A DNA stretch of 64,000 nucleotides, taken from IMG/VR virus record IMGVR_UViG_3300013119_000619; one strand, given 5' to 3'. The notes under the pieces were generated by a model. That model saw nothing but the letters and a program-made list of their open reading frames with translations. It was not told the origin of the DNA and did not search any database. Of this stretch, positions 21,501 to 31,071 are shown one piece after another (within the stretch, counting starts at the first letter, position 1; the number at the start of each line of letters is the position of its first letter). The DNA comes from an uncultured virus (IMG/VR IMGVR_UViG_3300013119_000619) (Duplodnaviria; Heunggongvirae; Uroviricota; Caudoviricetes). The translations under genes and the position numbers were made by a program.

Positions 21501-22438
21501 TTTGCTATAGGAAATCTACCATTAAATTCAGATTGATTTGCGCCACTTATTACAACAATATCCCCGTTATTTAAGTTATGATCAGTCGATGTTGTTATTG
21601 TAGCAGTATTAGATGAAGCAGTAAAAGTTAGTCCAGAAGATACTATAGGTACACCACTTTGAAAAATTTCTTTTTTAGATAAAGTTAAATCAACTTTATA
21701 TCGATTTGCACCAGGTGCGGTATAGTTTGGTGTTCCTAATGCATTATCTAACAAACTTGTATCATCAACACTAGATACGATGCTTTCAACAATTTGCAAT
21801 CCTATTCTATAAGTAGGTGCATTTTTATATAAATCAAGAGCAATAGTTTGTGGAGACACATAAACAAAATATCCTCCAACATAAAACACACCTTCTTCTA
21901 TCGATACAATCGATCCAGGTTGAGATGCTACTGAAGTTGTTAGAGTTGTAACATCTGCCAAACCCTCTTCTTCTCCTGCAACGTTTGCAAAATATGTTGT
22001 GCCTGTATCTACTGTTTGAATAATTTCATCATCTAAAAATACCTTTTCATCGAGATAGGTTATCATTAAAGTATTTAATGTTGTTTGTGTAAATTTTTCT
22101 GCCTTTACTACCGTTGCTCTTGCTCCAGACGTATTGCCTTCAATTATTCTTCCATCAAAATTTGCTATGACAACTTCTACACTTGCATAATTTGTTTTTA
22201 TTTTAAGAGAATTAATTTTTGTATTAAGAGAAACTTCACAACCATATACTCTGTCACCATCTGAGAAATTATAATCGCCTAATTGTTCGATTTGATTTTG
22301 TAAAATTGATTGCATCTGCGAAAGTTCTCTTGCTTGCACAGAATATGCAGGACGATACAATATTTTGAAAAATTTTTTCGACTGATCAAAATCATCAAAG
22401 TATGGCGTTACATTAAAGTCGGTAGTTAATTTAGGCAT
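15581..22438 (-). CDS. Large baseplate/virion structural protein (VrlC-like, DUF4815-type)
   Basis: PYFDDFD..ILYRPAYSVQARELSQMQSILQNQI, APGANRY, LEKRIENLEYY, RFKNGILVDPF, PLAQSF, KYISRRVTL; 2285 aa after gp8. Confidence 0.88.
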   Translation of the reverse strand: MPKLTTDFNVTPYFDDFDQSKKFFKILYRPAYSVQARELSQMQSILQNQIEQLGDYNFSDGDRVYGCEVSLNTKINSLKIKTNYASVEVVIANFDGRIIEGNTSGARATVVKAEKFTQTTLNTLMITYLDEKVFLDDEIIQTVDTGTTYFANVAGEEEGLADVTTLTTSVASQPGSIVSIEEGVFYVGGYFVYVSPQTIALDLYKNAPTYRIGLQIVESIVSSVDDTSLLDNALGTPNYTAPGANRYKVDLTLSKKEIFQSGVPIVSSGLTFTASSNTATITTSTDHNLNNGDIVVISGANQSEFNGRFPIANVTSGTTFTVFVAGKPTTPATGTPEYTKVITDPLEARSDVDFIELLRVENGIIVKQVSSPLYGAIGDVLARRTFDQSGDFTVKPFSLAFETHKIAGVASARTTANACTNFTGAGTGFVSQLVDGDTIFLSGNTNKTATISTIANNTSLTLSSGTSLGDGSDDQKIGVDTKVTASLNPGKAYVKGYEFETVTTSFVDIDKGRDTRTVSGEQQGTDFGPFLKVTDLYQKVGFDLGVDTGAMGDTTGAAGMDLIELHCVKWPSTDAINSEDRSILISGDQSNSTNNNIDFVGIDPTSDHTKIGTARIRQLDYRGGRDSSVTVLYDDSDPNASTEASTAHRIFHSIYDAHLFDFRFNKTTGTVGSGRGNANTSQIDLNTNKFGTANTLYGVEVTVNTSFLGVTTSDTRRIIEWTGAISNYSSPMNSSYRARLDSPLSQPTIDDSTYSLNFSVKNVRSGVKIDSNAITDAFNIDPSGKVGGVETGDTILYKANDEERSLIFPLQNSTVANLNPTGSSSTTYRFKRTFIVNLTADQTGTATAPSGEAFYPATTKTLSESEADANYIITAISGVHDGKVIEFSNTSGTALNGGSSYTRSLSLENNGGALSIQARSDATGAPDLSSHQVQIIATMERSNATNSGAGSQIAKKLLVTGNTTVANVDYNSSNTIQADSGQIVLGTSMNTEPGANNSLKISDVKKLVAVIDSLNPDANVKTAMVTASIADSANQHNITSRFEFDTGQKDNYYDYGKISLKPGEDKPVGQVMAIVDYYTHSGSGPFTVDSYTYSGSANTPYTEIPAFTSPVTGNKFQLRDVVDFRPKRIGIDTANTDGYSYTNDITTTANVFHGKILPDFDYTFDTDYAHYLPRKDKVVLTRDRNFKVIKGVSDIAPVLPADDEDSMTLYSMEIPAYTFNPNDIQARYIDNKKFTMRDIGTLEKRIENLEYYVSLNLLEKEADGLTITDVNDNDRFKNGILVDPFAGHSISDVFNTDFNASVDFNNKHLRPPFKSDLHRLDFDANTQNSTLVNNGGILTLPFASSPFLDQPLTGNLLGKNIQKKISVNPFSFQNYIGTLDLDPPTDNWYDTNIRTQIVVNLEGQYDNWKYIPTNNGHGSHYNDWEEIWSGVQVIEDVKSGTRDAGDVASNDRRAKTTGQNKTLTGLKKGNVPEKILKTIGNKVVNVSVLPKIRPQTITFLAKGLKPNKNVYAYFDDTKVTSFCKQATLLGLSNVSTSNVFRTTSSNFETISITGSGSSAGNTAKVVYMSDRNDVNSCSIMIINQTSESAFNLGSVVQGQDTGANGTISSVTNYNLSDGQILVNNEGATAGIFNVPSDKFISGETLFRLTDDSDNILASTTSVAESMFHSKGAIDSNREDNVVSVRPLIKKRDDISSEKIVKSYTTPRRSESNKFFAPLAQSFFVSEDNYPSGVFLDSIELYFRKKESSPGSKNSITLDIRPMIDGAPSPSAIIPGSQVTLSPGRVTANTSTPVANTSGGFPSATVGNSLTANKQGNNVGSRTIFKFDFPVFLNPGEYAFALSSVTSEYELYAFELGAKHSGTDRKITQQPFVGKLFKSSNADGREPLSTEGLMFKINRCNFSSDLGHARLTNSTTSSGNATSNSIMESMKVVADIMEFANTGSIYHYYSTSKDATIKSDAVQFTINKNINLKTQQQVTYETDTLVDAYANSFQLNVYFTSANTIISPVFDETRSGVISIENDVNNAGIKNSNILIISSGSNLLQSEYGGDTGRYASKNAVDGNTSAFTVSAPDVGSNTATIAANVGSDGKINEVKVVNPGSGYLTNPTVTVASALSGTDPVIRIIGEGSNGANMLSANTSHSRGGNLTAKYISRRVTLEEGFDASDIRVYLNAYKPRGSNIYIYYKVLSAEDNENFDDKPYVLMEQDTSAALFSLNEDDFKQYTYKTVDEKINYTSNDGTTVFTNFRTFALKIVFTKDLNTQTTFIGIPKIADLKAIALDSVGNP

Positions 22439-22447
22439 TACTATTCC

Positions 22448-24250
22448 TTAAAACTCAAGAACAATCTTGAAATCCTCGATTTGATTTGTTGCTCTGGTTA
22501 CATTTGTTCTATTTTCAATATACAAAATATCTCCACTATAAGGTTTCATGTCTGCATTTGATACACCATTATTTACAATAATTGCAGTTGATCCTGAGGT
22601 GGTTCCTGTTATTGAATTTACTGTAGAATTTGATACGAAAGTTCCTGATACTTGATTTATTCTTACTTTATTATTATTTAGAAAATCAATTACTACTCCA
22701 TTAGCCGTACTATTCGCAAGTGTATCTCCTTGAAATATAACCTCATCTGCCTGAAAAGTTCCAGCAACCTCTCGTACTGTAATTTTTGTTGATTGATCTG
22801 CCAAATCACTTGTATAAAAAGCATTTGCATTAGCACTTTGAAGAGGATCTCTTACAAGTCCAACCTGTCTAAACTCATTATCGGTTGTGAAAAACCCAGA
22901 TTCATTTCCAGTAATTCTGGAGTCCACCAAAACTCTATTACCTGCAAGTTCTTCAATAGCATTAAATCCATGACCGCCAACAGGACCAATAACTACTTCT
23001 GCATTTGCTCCTGTACCGTGAGATCCATTAGCAGTGATTGTAACGCTTGCAGTCGTATAATTCAATCCCTTATTTGTAACTAATATTTCTTGCACTCCAA
23101 AACTTGAATTTCCTATTGATCTTACTTTAGCATTAATACCATCTCCGCTAATGGTGATTGTTGGTGAAATTGTATATCCTGAACTGGTATTAGGAGTAAT
23201 TGTAAATGCATTTTGAACTGTAACTCTCCTAAGGGCCGCATCATAAGCAGAAATAACAGATTGCTCTCCTCGACCTGCATTATTTGTGATATACAAGGTT
23301 GAACCAACATAAACACTATCTGAAGTTGTGTTTGCATCTTTTGCCAATTGTAGAACTGTTGTGCTTGTAACTGATGTAAAAGTGTTTTGCTCAAATTTGT
23401 AAGTTGACATTATATCTGCACTAAGAGTCGCTTGTGCTCCTGAAGTATTACCTACAACTATTTCAGAACTTGTAAATAAAGCATTAGCGTTTGGAAAATA
23501 TGTAAGCGTATTTGCACCAGAAGAATATGTAATTACGACACCTTTATTACCGGATGTCTGACCAGTTAAAACTTCACCAACTACAAAATCTCGTACCTCA
23601 ACACCTGTACTATCAGTTGGTGTCGCAGAAAATTGTGCAAGAAAATCACCATTAGATGTTCGATTAATAACGTCTATTGCTCCATCCACGGCTGATTGTT
23701 CTATCGTATATTGATTAGAACCATCATTAATTGATCCTATCTTTTTAACAGGAATATATTCTGATGTTGTAAATTTAAGAGTATCTTGAGGTGAAATAGT
23801 ATACATATATTTCCACTTATAACCATCACTTAATTCAATTAAACCAGTACCAGTACCAGTTGGTTTAAATGTAGAAGCACCATTCGCAACATTATTTTGC
23901 AAGCATTTGTAAACATTTAATTGATCGGTTACAACATAGAAATTATTTGCCGATTGTTCATTATTGCTTTGTCTATGTGCCGTATAAGCAGTATTTGATT
24001 CCCAATTAACTCTGGGTATAATATGACTAACATCAGCAGACGTAATTTTTTTAGCAGATGTCATAGATCTCCAATATTCAAATGATGTATTGGCAATCGA
24101 ATCGGTTGGTGCTGGCGGATTATTTTCATCACTCCATGCATTTATTTTACCTATAAACAGATAAAGATTTGTAGCAGAAGTTTCTGATAATGACTCTATA
24201 AATTGTTCAGCATTGTGTATTTTAAATTTATTTGTAACTAGATTAGGCAT
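22448..24250 (-). CDS. gp8: Baseplate wedge protein (T4 gp8-like)
   Basis: YLFIGK..W, FYVVTDQLNVYKCL, DGYKWKYMY, SGDILYIENR...EDFKIVLEF. Confidence 0.93.
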   Translation of the reverse strand: MPNLVTNKFKIHNAEQFIESLSETSATNLYLFIGKINAWSDENNPPAPTDSIANTSFEYWRSMTSAKKITSADVSHIIPRVNWESNTAYTAHRQSNNEQSANNFYVVTDQLNVYKCLQNNVANGASTFKPTGTGTGLIELSDGYKWKYMYTISPQDTLKFTTSEYIPVKKIGSINDGSNQYTIEQSAVDGAIDVINRTSNGDFLAQFSATPTDSTGVEVRDFVVGEVLTGQTSGNKGVVITYSSGANTLTYFPNANALFTSSEIVVGNTSGAQATLSADIMSTYKFEQNTFTSVTSTTVLQLAKDANTTSDSVYVGSTLYITNNAGRGEQSVISAYDAALRRVTVQNAFTITPNTSSGYTISPTITISGDGINAKVRSIGNSSFGVQEILVTNKGLNYTTASVTITANGSHGTGANAEVVIGPVGGHGFNAIEELAGNRVLVDSRITGNESGFFTTDNEFRQVGLVRDPLQSANANAFYTSDLADQSTKITVREVAGTFQADEVIFQGDTLANSTANGVVIDFLNNNKVRINQVSGTFVSNSTVNSITGTTSGSTAIIVNNGVSNADMKPYSGDILYIENRTNVTRATNQIEDFKIVLEF

Positions 24251-24255
24251 ATTAT

Positions 24256-24263
24256 TATTTATG
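24256..24263 (-). promoter_or_regulatory. Late promoter variant CATAAATA, 5 nt before gp8 ATG
   Basis: Minus strand CATAAATA-ATAAT-ATG. Confidence 0.65.
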
Positions 24264-27200
24264 ATGAAACGATGATTTTTGGTTCTACATTTGAAAATGG
24301 AGACAATTCTTCCATTTGCAATTTACCAGAAGATGAATTTGATGTTTGATATAGAACATTAAGTAATCCAACACCATCTTCTAAATGAATGAAACCAGAA
24401 CCACTACTATCTGTTAAACCCATAAAATTATTCGTTCCTTCATATTTATTAGATAAAGTTACGGTTAATTCAGATGGCTCTAAATCCATATTTCTAGACA
24501 CCTTTAGATCAATTGAAACATTAGACGACCCATCACCTATGACGGTATTAGTCACTATGGCTGTACTGTTTATTATTGAGGTAACTTGTGCTTTAATTGC
24601 AGTGTTTGTTGCTAAACAAATAATGTCACCAACTAATAAATCTTCATCAAAAAATGAATTTTCTCCAATTACAGTTGTATTGCCGTCACTAATACCGTTC
24701 GCAGATGTTGTACCTCTTAAAGTTGTTTCTAGCATAAGATGTTCAACAAGATTATTATCAAATTTGAGAGTTGATCCATCACCTATTGTTGTATTACAAA
24801 TTATAGCGGTAGAATTCAAAATACTTAAAACCTGCATCTGTTCCGTTCCACCTTGTAATGTAATCACATCATTAATTGAAAGGTCGTCTTCAAAATTAGT
24901 ATCAACACCAATAATTAAATTTTTATCAAAACTCGTTATGTTTGCAGTTGCTTCTGATGTTACACCATTAGCATTTGAAGATAATGAAAAACTATTTGCT
25001 CCAGTTGAATGTAATATCAAAATTTTATTATTAGATGCATCTGTTGAATATTCTTGAACTGTACCATTTGAAGTTGTGTTTTGTACTTCAAGAAAAAGAA
25101 TATCAGAAACACTTGAGTTTGAACTTTCTAATAATATATCACCTGTATTTGGTTGAAACGGATCAGCAGTTGATTCTAGTAATGATAGTGAGTTGTCTTC
25201 GTAAACAAATTTTGTTCCTGTTTCAAGCGTTAAAAAATGCGAAACTATATTTGCAGAATTTGTTCCATTGTCACTATTAAGAATAAAACTATCTCTATCC
25301 CCCTGAAAAACTTCTTCACCAACTGTAAAAGATGCACTAGCATTACCTAAAACAAAATATGAAAGAACGTTAGATGATGAACAATTTAGGGTACCAGACA
25401 AAGTTTTTTCCAATAATAATTCTCCATATGTGATTTCAAATGCTTGCTCATCGTCTATAATAATTTTAGATCCTTCAGGAAAATTTTCTGGAAAATCAGT
25501 TGATATAAAACCGGTTTCTAATAAAAAGTTATCGAAGGTTTCTAATATCATAACACCAGTATCATCTTCTAATGTCATTTCATCAGTAAGACTTTCATCA
25601 GACGTAATAACATCCGAATTACCTGTAATTGAAATTGTACGGCCTGTACCACCAGCAGATAAAGTTTGCAATTTATTTAAATTGATACTATGAGATGGTT
25701 CAAGATATTGTTCCATTAAAATATTATCACCATCTTCAAGAATTAAAATTCCACCATCTTCATTCGCTAGAAGATGATCAAACCCCATTTGTAGAGTAGG
25801 AGGGGCCGGCCTAAACTCTCCAAACAATTTTGAACCTACTGGATGTAATAAGTCATTTATCGTTTCTTCGTATTCAGAAACTTGTTTTGACGATCTAAGT
25901 GAATAACTATAATCTTGATAATATTCACTATCAGAAAGTTTTTTTATAGAACTTGGTCTACCATCTTCATTCAAATATTCGCCTGTCTTTTCACCTACGG
26001 CACCAATATTTGCTGTAAGTAAAGCATTACCTCCGCCTTTAAGTGCTAACGATAATGTTGGAGCACTCGTAAACCCAACACCAAAGTTTATAAGATCAAT
26101 ATCTCGTACAGATCCTGCGGCTAATCCAGCAACATCAATCACTGCATTATTACCCCTAATACCACCATCGGCAATTGCCGTACCTGTATTTACAGTTGCG
26201 TTTGCAGATGTTGTAAAACCTGTAATTTTTTCATTTGATGTAAAATCAATAGCAGAAAATAAAAATCTATCATCATCTTTATGTCCTTTTGGAAGCGTAA
26301 ATTTAACTGCTACATTTTCGTCATATACTATTGTACCTGATGCTGGTGTAGAAGGAGAACCAGATATCGTAAAAGTAAAAGTCGTGTCATCTGTTACTGA
26401 AATTGTTTTTTCACCATTATAACCTGCTGGAGATGCCCCACTTAAAATAACTTTTTGTCCATCATCAAGTCCATGCTTTACTGGAGTTATAACAGTTGCG
26501 GTTGTACTAGACCTAGTAACACTTGTAATAGGAAATTGTAATGTTTGAAATGCGCCTGTGATAGACATAGATGTAGAAGTATATTCAATGGTTGTGTCTG
26601 TATTTGTTGATTCTGTTACACTGGAGGCATTTACTCCTCTACGAAAAACAAAAGTATTTGTATCTTCTAAACCGTTTGTTGTTGTCGGAGCATTAAATTG
26701 TACGTCATAAACTGTGGGTATTGTAGAGTTAATATAATTTGAAGTATTAATTGTTAAATCATTTCGGCCTACACCAAAAGTACCAGTATACAATACAGGC
26801 CTTGCACGAAATCTAGCAGGATCATTTAAGGTTGAAGTATTACTCACCAATCCTAAAAATGTTCCTACCTTATTACCAGAATTAGATGTAATTCGTTCAC
26901 CTGTTTTAAATGTTCCTGATATTGCATTTGTCTCACTAATTTCATCAGGATCTTCATTTAGATTAATTATTCCAACTGCAGGATCATTAAATTTTACAAC
27001 ATTATCCTGAACAACTGTTATTATTGGAGATAATTCATATCCAGAACCCAATCCAATAGCTCTTACGTTTGCTATCGTACCAATTTGAAGAGCCGAAAAC
27101 CCTAAAGCATCAACTAACCTTGTAGATTTTATAGTTGTTTCTTGTCCAGATAAATTATAGTTAGAATCATCAAAAACCACAGTTGTAAAATTACCAATAA

Positions 27201-28461
27201 TATCTTCGTTAATTGAAAAAGTAAACGTATGTGCAATATTACTTACATCACCAGATACTCCTGTACCACTAGTAGCAAAATTATTAACAGTTAATACGGC
27301 TGTATTCACATAACCATCACCACCATCAAAAATTGTAAAACCTGTAATTGCACCGGTTCCAATTTGAGATACCCTGGCGGCGGCATCTTGTCCACCTCCT
27401 CCAGTAATTGTAATAGTATCACCAATTTTATAGTTCGTACCTGCACTCACAATATTGATATTTGTTATTACACCTTGTGCAGTTCCGCTTCCTGTTGTTT
27501 CTTCAAATTCAGATGACGTAATATTTTCACCTACAACAAACGTACCAACAATATTGGTTAAGAATAATTCTGTTACAGTTAATGCTCCAGACTGAAAATT
27601 TTCTACTCTATCGACTGTAGCAGTTGCAGAAGATGATTGACCTGTAATAATCCTAGATTCAAATTTATCATTAGTATCACTTGTAATAATCCTAAGTGTT
27701 TTCTCTCTTCTAAAATCACCGAATGAGGGTTTTAATAAATCAATTTTTGGTCTATAAACCTCAAGATCTTGTACGTTAAAAAAAGATTTAAAAAATAAAT
27801 CAAAGGAATATACAGTACCTTTTGATCTATACAGATTAAAAATTCGTTTGAAAAAATCTCTCTTCTCTGTTAAAATATTTGTATCGGATGTTGTTGCAAA
27901 TTCTTTTCGAAATAACTCAATTATATTATCACCAACTAAATCTATATCTCTTTCCGATAAAAGACTTTTAGATGCAAACAATGGATTTTTTGAGAATGAT
28001 GTAACCGTAGCATTTGTTCTATTATTTTCGCCTATTATTTCCTCATCTCTTATAAACTTATTTCTTTCCAAACCAGTAACATAAATTTTAGTATTTGATG
28101 TTGTCATATCTCGATCAACAATACCAACGGCACCAGATGCTTGTCCTACAATCTTTTCATTTTTTTCAAATGAACTGAGTATTGATGTATTACTGGTCTC
28201 TCGTGTACTTTCAAGCGTAAGAGTTGAACCATCCTCCAGTACTAAATTTGTATTTTCATCTTCTAACGTAAGTCTATATTCGTTCTGAATTACATCTGTT
28301 ATTGTTAGTTCACTAGACTCCATCCATTTGTAATACTCTTTCATAAAGTTTATGAAAGTTGGTGCATCTTCTCGAATAAATTCAGGAAATTGTTGTTCTA
28401 AGAGAGGAACAATAGAATTTATAATCTTATTATTTTTTTCGTCAGTTAGATATACAGTCAT
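24259..28461 (-). CDS. gp7: Baseplate wedge initiator (T4 gp7-like) with accessory domains
   Basis: QFPEFIRED..FMKEYYKWMES, LYRSKGT..SF..FF, DSEYYQDYSYSLRS, LLHPVGSKLFGE; between gp6 and gp8. Confidence 0.85.
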   Translation of the reverse strand: MTVYLTDEKNNKIINSIVPLLEQQFPEFIREDAPTFINFMKEYYKWMESSELTITDVIQNEYRLTLEDENTNLVLEDGSTLTLESTRETSNTSILSSFEKNEKIVGQASGAVGIVDRDMTTSNTKIYVTGLERNKFIRDEEIIGENNRTNATVTSFSKNPLFASKSLLSERDIDLVGDNIIELFRKEFATTSDTNILTEKRDFFKRIFNLYRSKGTVYSFDLFFKSFFNVQDLEVYRPKIDLLKPSFGDFRREKTLRIITSDTNDKFESRIITGQSSSATATVDRVENFQSGALTVTELFLTNIVGTFVVGENITSSEFEETTGSGTAQGVITNINIVSAGTNYKIGDTITITGGGGQDAAARVSQIGTGAITGFTIFDGGDGYVNTAVLTVNNFATSGTGVSGDVSNIAHTFTFSINEDIIGNFTTVVFDDSNYNLSGQETTIKSTRLVDALGFSALQIGTIANVRAIGLGSGYELSPIITVVQDNVVKFNDPAVGIINLNEDPDEISETNAISGTFKTGERITSNSGNKVGTFLGLVSNTSTLNDPARFRARPVLYTGTFGVGRNDLTINTSNYINSTIPTVYDVQFNAPTTTNGLEDTNTFVFRRGVNASSVTESTNTDTTIEYTSTSMSITGAFQTLQFPITSVTRSSTTATVITPVKHGLDDGQKVILSGASPAGYNGEKTISVTDDTTFTFTISGSPSTPASGTIVYDENVAVKFTLPKGHKDDDRFLFSAIDFTSNEKITGFTTSANATVNTGTAIADGGIRGNNAVIDVAGLAAGSVRDIDLINFGVGFTSAPTLSLALKGGGNALLTANIGAVGEKTGEYLNEDGRPSSIKKLSDSEYYQDYSYSLRSSKQVSEYEETINDLLHPVGSKLFGEFRPAPPTLQMGFDHLLANEDGGILILEDGDNILMEQYLEPSHSINLNKLQTLSAGGTGRTISITGNSDVITSDESLTDEMTLEDDTGVMILETFDNFLLETGFISTDFPENFPEGSKIIIDDEQAFEITYGELLLEKTLSGTLNCSSSNVLSYFVLGNASASFTVGEEVFQGDRDSFILNSDNGTNSANIVSHFLTLETGTKFVYEDNSLSLLESTADPFQPNTGDILLESSNSSVSDILFLEVQNTTSNGTVQEYSTDASNNKILILHSTGANSFSLSSNANGVTSEATANITSFDKNLIIGVDTNFEDDLSINDVITLQGGTEQMQVLSILNSTAIICNTTIGDGSTLKFDNNLVEHLMLETTLRGTTSANGISDGNTTVIGENSFFDEDLLVGDIICLATNTAIKAQVTSIINSTAIVTNTVIGDGSSNVSIDLKVSRNMDLEPSELTVTLSNKYEGTNNFMGLTDSSGSGFIHLEDGVGLLNVLYQTSNSSSGKLQMEELSPFSNVEPKIIVSS

Positions 28462-28462
28462 T

Positions 28463-30295
28463 TTAAGATGTAGAGGTTTGCGTGGTTGTTGTCAAACCTG
28501 TCCTCACACTTGAAACATCATTCATCGTTATATTAACATTCGATTCTGAAATTAATACAACTTGTTCTCTTAATGGTTGAACATCTTGATTTAGAGGGTT
28601 GACAATAATATCTAAGGTTGATCCCACATATGCCGTTGGATTAAAAAGACTTAAAAGAATTTCACCTTTATCATAATCAATTGTTCCTTGATTTTTATAA
28701 ATGATTTTTTTAGCACCATCGACAATTCTGAAAATTCTAATTACACCATCCATATCATCAAATTTACATCCACTTCTGGATATGTTTTCACCGTCTAATA
28801 TTGTAAATTCAGTTGATGTGATTGCGCCTATATAATCAGCATAAGGATGATAAATAGGATTACTAAAACGTATGGTATAATTTAACTTTTGATTTAATGT
28901 AGGATTAAAAGATTTTTTTAATTTTAATGAAAGTTCATTACCGACAATAGAATTATTTGTATCATCAATAGATCTAGTGAGTTTTGATACTCTTAACTGT
29001 TTTGAAAATTCTTGCAATTCATTAGTAGAATAAGACGTTAAAGAATTTAAAACATCTCGTCTAAGAACGGACGTAGTTTTATTTGTAAATCGTGAATCAT
29101 AATTTACTGTTAAAGTCAATATTGGATATATGTAATCTATGTCTACAAACTCAGGTGTTATCGAACCAACATTATATTTTTTCAAAACATCTCTAATAAA
29201 ATCTTTGACCGATGTCGTAATTGCCAAACCTGATTTTGGTTTTACACCTATAAACACTTTTCCAAATTGAGGAGGATCAGCATTCTCACCTCCATAAACA
29301 ATAACCGATTCTGCTTGAGGATATTCTCTTGATATTATTCTTTTATAATCGTTTGCCGTAACGGCTCTATTTTGCACCTCATAATGTTTTGGTGCGTTAA
29401 ATCTTATATTATCATTTGTCTCTTCATTTGATCCTCCAACAGAAGATGATATAGTTGTAACAGTTGCTCCTGCATACCCTCCAACAGTAGAGACTGGACT
29501 AAAAATTCTTGCTCCATTACCTAAAACACCACTTGTTATATTATATCCTATAATGACAATATTACCTGTCTTTTCCTTTCTTCCTAATATTCCATCCCCA
29601 AATTTTACTTGAAAAGTATCGTCTGCATCTGGCTCTATAAAAAATACGTTTGATGTAGGATTAATATCCAATAGATCCGTAGCGAGTGTATAAGAACTTC
29701 GAGTAGTGTTTTCATCAGATTCTTGTAACGTTACGGTTATTGAATCTGTATCAATACCAGTATTCGGTATTTTGTACTTTATTGAATTATCAGATGTATT
29801 AGCAGTGTATCTAAATGTCAATGGTTCACCTTGAACCAGTTTTATATTTGGAAGAGTTACTGTTGAATTCCCATTTGCTACTGCCGAATAAGATTGATCT
29901 GTGACGAATGTAAAAGTAATACCATTAATATCAGATTTAAATCTTGTATTTTTTGCTATGGTTATATTTGAAGGATTGTCAGTAGGTGTTACGGATACAG
30001 TTACATTTGCATACGAACTTTTTCTAGATTTTGGTAAATACCCTAACATTTTTGACAAAGACATAATTGAATTTCTGTTTATTGCAGTATCCAAAAACAT
30101 CTCATTTGCGACCATATTTAAATAAAAGGCATTTAAATGTGTATTATATGCAAGCACATCAAGAAGAATTGAAAATGCAGATCCGGTCGAATCATAATCT
30201 GTAAATTCATTTTGAGTCGCCAGATAATTTTTAAAGTTATCTTTGAGTTCATCAAAGTCTAGTCCTGTTAATTTCAAGTTTGATGGAGATGCCAT
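28463..30295 (-). CDS. gp6: Baseplate wedge protein (T4 gp6-like)
   Basis: LDFDELKDN, LLDVLAYNTH..YLNMVANEMFLDTA, FGDGILG, QNRAVTANDY. Confidence 0.96.
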   Translation of the reverse strand: MASPSNLKLTGLDFDELKDNFKNYLATQNEFTDYDSTGSAFSILLDVLAYNTHLNAFYLNMVANEMFLDTAINRNSIMSLSKMLGYLPKSRKSSYANVTVSVTPTDNPSNITIAKNTRFKSDINGITFTFVTDQSYSAVANGNSTVTLPNIKLVQGEPLTFRYTANTSDNSIKYKIPNTGIDTDSITVTLQESDENTTRSSYTLATDLLDINPTSNVFFIEPDADDTFQVKFGDGILGRKEKTGNIVIIGYNITSGVLGNGARIFSPVSTVGGYAGATVTTISSSVGGSNEETNDNIRFNAPKHYEVQNRAVTANDYKRIISREYPQAESVIVYGGENADPPQFGKVFIGVKPKSGLAITTSVKDFIRDVLKKYNVGSITPEFVDIDYIYPILTLTVNYDSRFTNKTTSVLRRDVLNSLTSYSTNELQEFSKQLRVSKLTRSIDDTNNSIVGNELSLKLKKSFNPTLNQKLNYTIRFSNPIYHPYADYIGAITSTEFTILDGENISRSGCKFDDMDGVIRIFRIVDGAKKIIYKNQGTIDYDKGEILLSLFNPTAYVGSTLDIIVNPLNQDVQPLREQVVLISESNVNITMNDVSSVRTGLTTTTQTSTS

Positions 30296-30298
30296 AAA

Positions 30299-30784
30299 TT
30301 ATCCTTGATTCGTTTCTAAAAAAGTCGTAAAAGTTACTGGGCTATCACTTCCTTTTATAGCAAAAACAATTGTTACATCATAACCTAATCCATCTCTGAC
30401 AGACTTTACATCAACATTTTTAACTATTGCTCTTTTTTCATGTATTTTAATAGTTTCTGTAATAAGTTCTTTTATTCTTATTTCCGTAATTCGATTCGAT
30501 GGTTCAAACAATAGTTTTGTCAGATCACATCCAACATCCGGTCTCAAATATCTTTCAAATCTATTTGTTCGAATTAGATTTTTGACACACTGCTTTACTG
30601 CATTGTCTCCTCGCAAAATTGCTATATCATTCGTATTTGGGTTTTTGTTAAATTTTACACCAAAGTCTACGTATTGTGTCGCTTTTAATCTTTTATCTAA
30701 ATAATCTTTTGCTACATCATCAAAAGAGTTGTACTTATCACTCTGAGAAATGTAGTATTGTCTTGTTGTATCTGCGGTAGCCAT
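30299..30784 (-). CDS. gp25: Baseplate wedge / sheath initiator (T4 gp25-like)
   Basis: AVKQCVKNLIRTNRFERYLRPDVGCDLTKLLFE...IKIHEKR; directly upstream of gp6. Confidence 0.9.
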   Translation of the reverse strand: MATADTTRQYYISQSDKYNSFDDVAKDYLDKRLKATQYVDFGVKFNKNPNTNDIAILRGDNAVKQCVKNLIRTNRFERYLRPDVGCDLTKLLFEPSNRITEIRIKELITETIKIHEKRAIVKNVDVKSVRDGLGYDVTIVFAIKGSDSPVTFTTFLETNQG

Positions 30785-30789
30785 ATTAT

Positions 30790-30797
30790 TATTTATT
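30790..30797 (-). promoter_or_regulatory. Late promoter variant AATAAATA, 5 nt before gp25 ATG
   Basis: Context TAATAAATAATAATATGGCT, identical over 20 nt to the gp2 start. Confidence 0.7.
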
Positions 30798-31071
30798 AAG
30801 AAAGTGTGCCAGTTCCTGTGCCTGTAACGGTTGCAGGAGCAGTTATTGGACCTGGAACAGGAGGAGCAGGCGGAGCAAGTACACTTGCATTAACACCTCC
30901 ACTAGCAACTCCTGTAACAGTTGTTGAAACAGTTGCTTGAATTAAATAATTATAAATTGCTTGTGCTAAAGCATTACACAATGTTGTTTGTGATGCGGGA
31001 GAAGGATCTGCTTGTGATGCTTTAAATGCATTCTCAATTTCAGTCGCTAATGTCGCTTTATTTAGTGCCAT
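30796..31071 (-). CDS. Small helical-hairpin + TG-rich protein, paralog 2 (start corrected to 31071)
   Basis: MALNKATLATEIENAFKASQADPSPASQ...TVTGTGTGTLS; ATG overlaps upstream TAA (TAATG). Confidence 0.8.
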   Translation of the reverse strand: MALNKATLATEIENAFKASQADPSPASQTTLCNALAQAIYNYLIQATVSTTVTGVASGGVNASVLAPPAPPVPGPITAPATVTGTGTGTLS

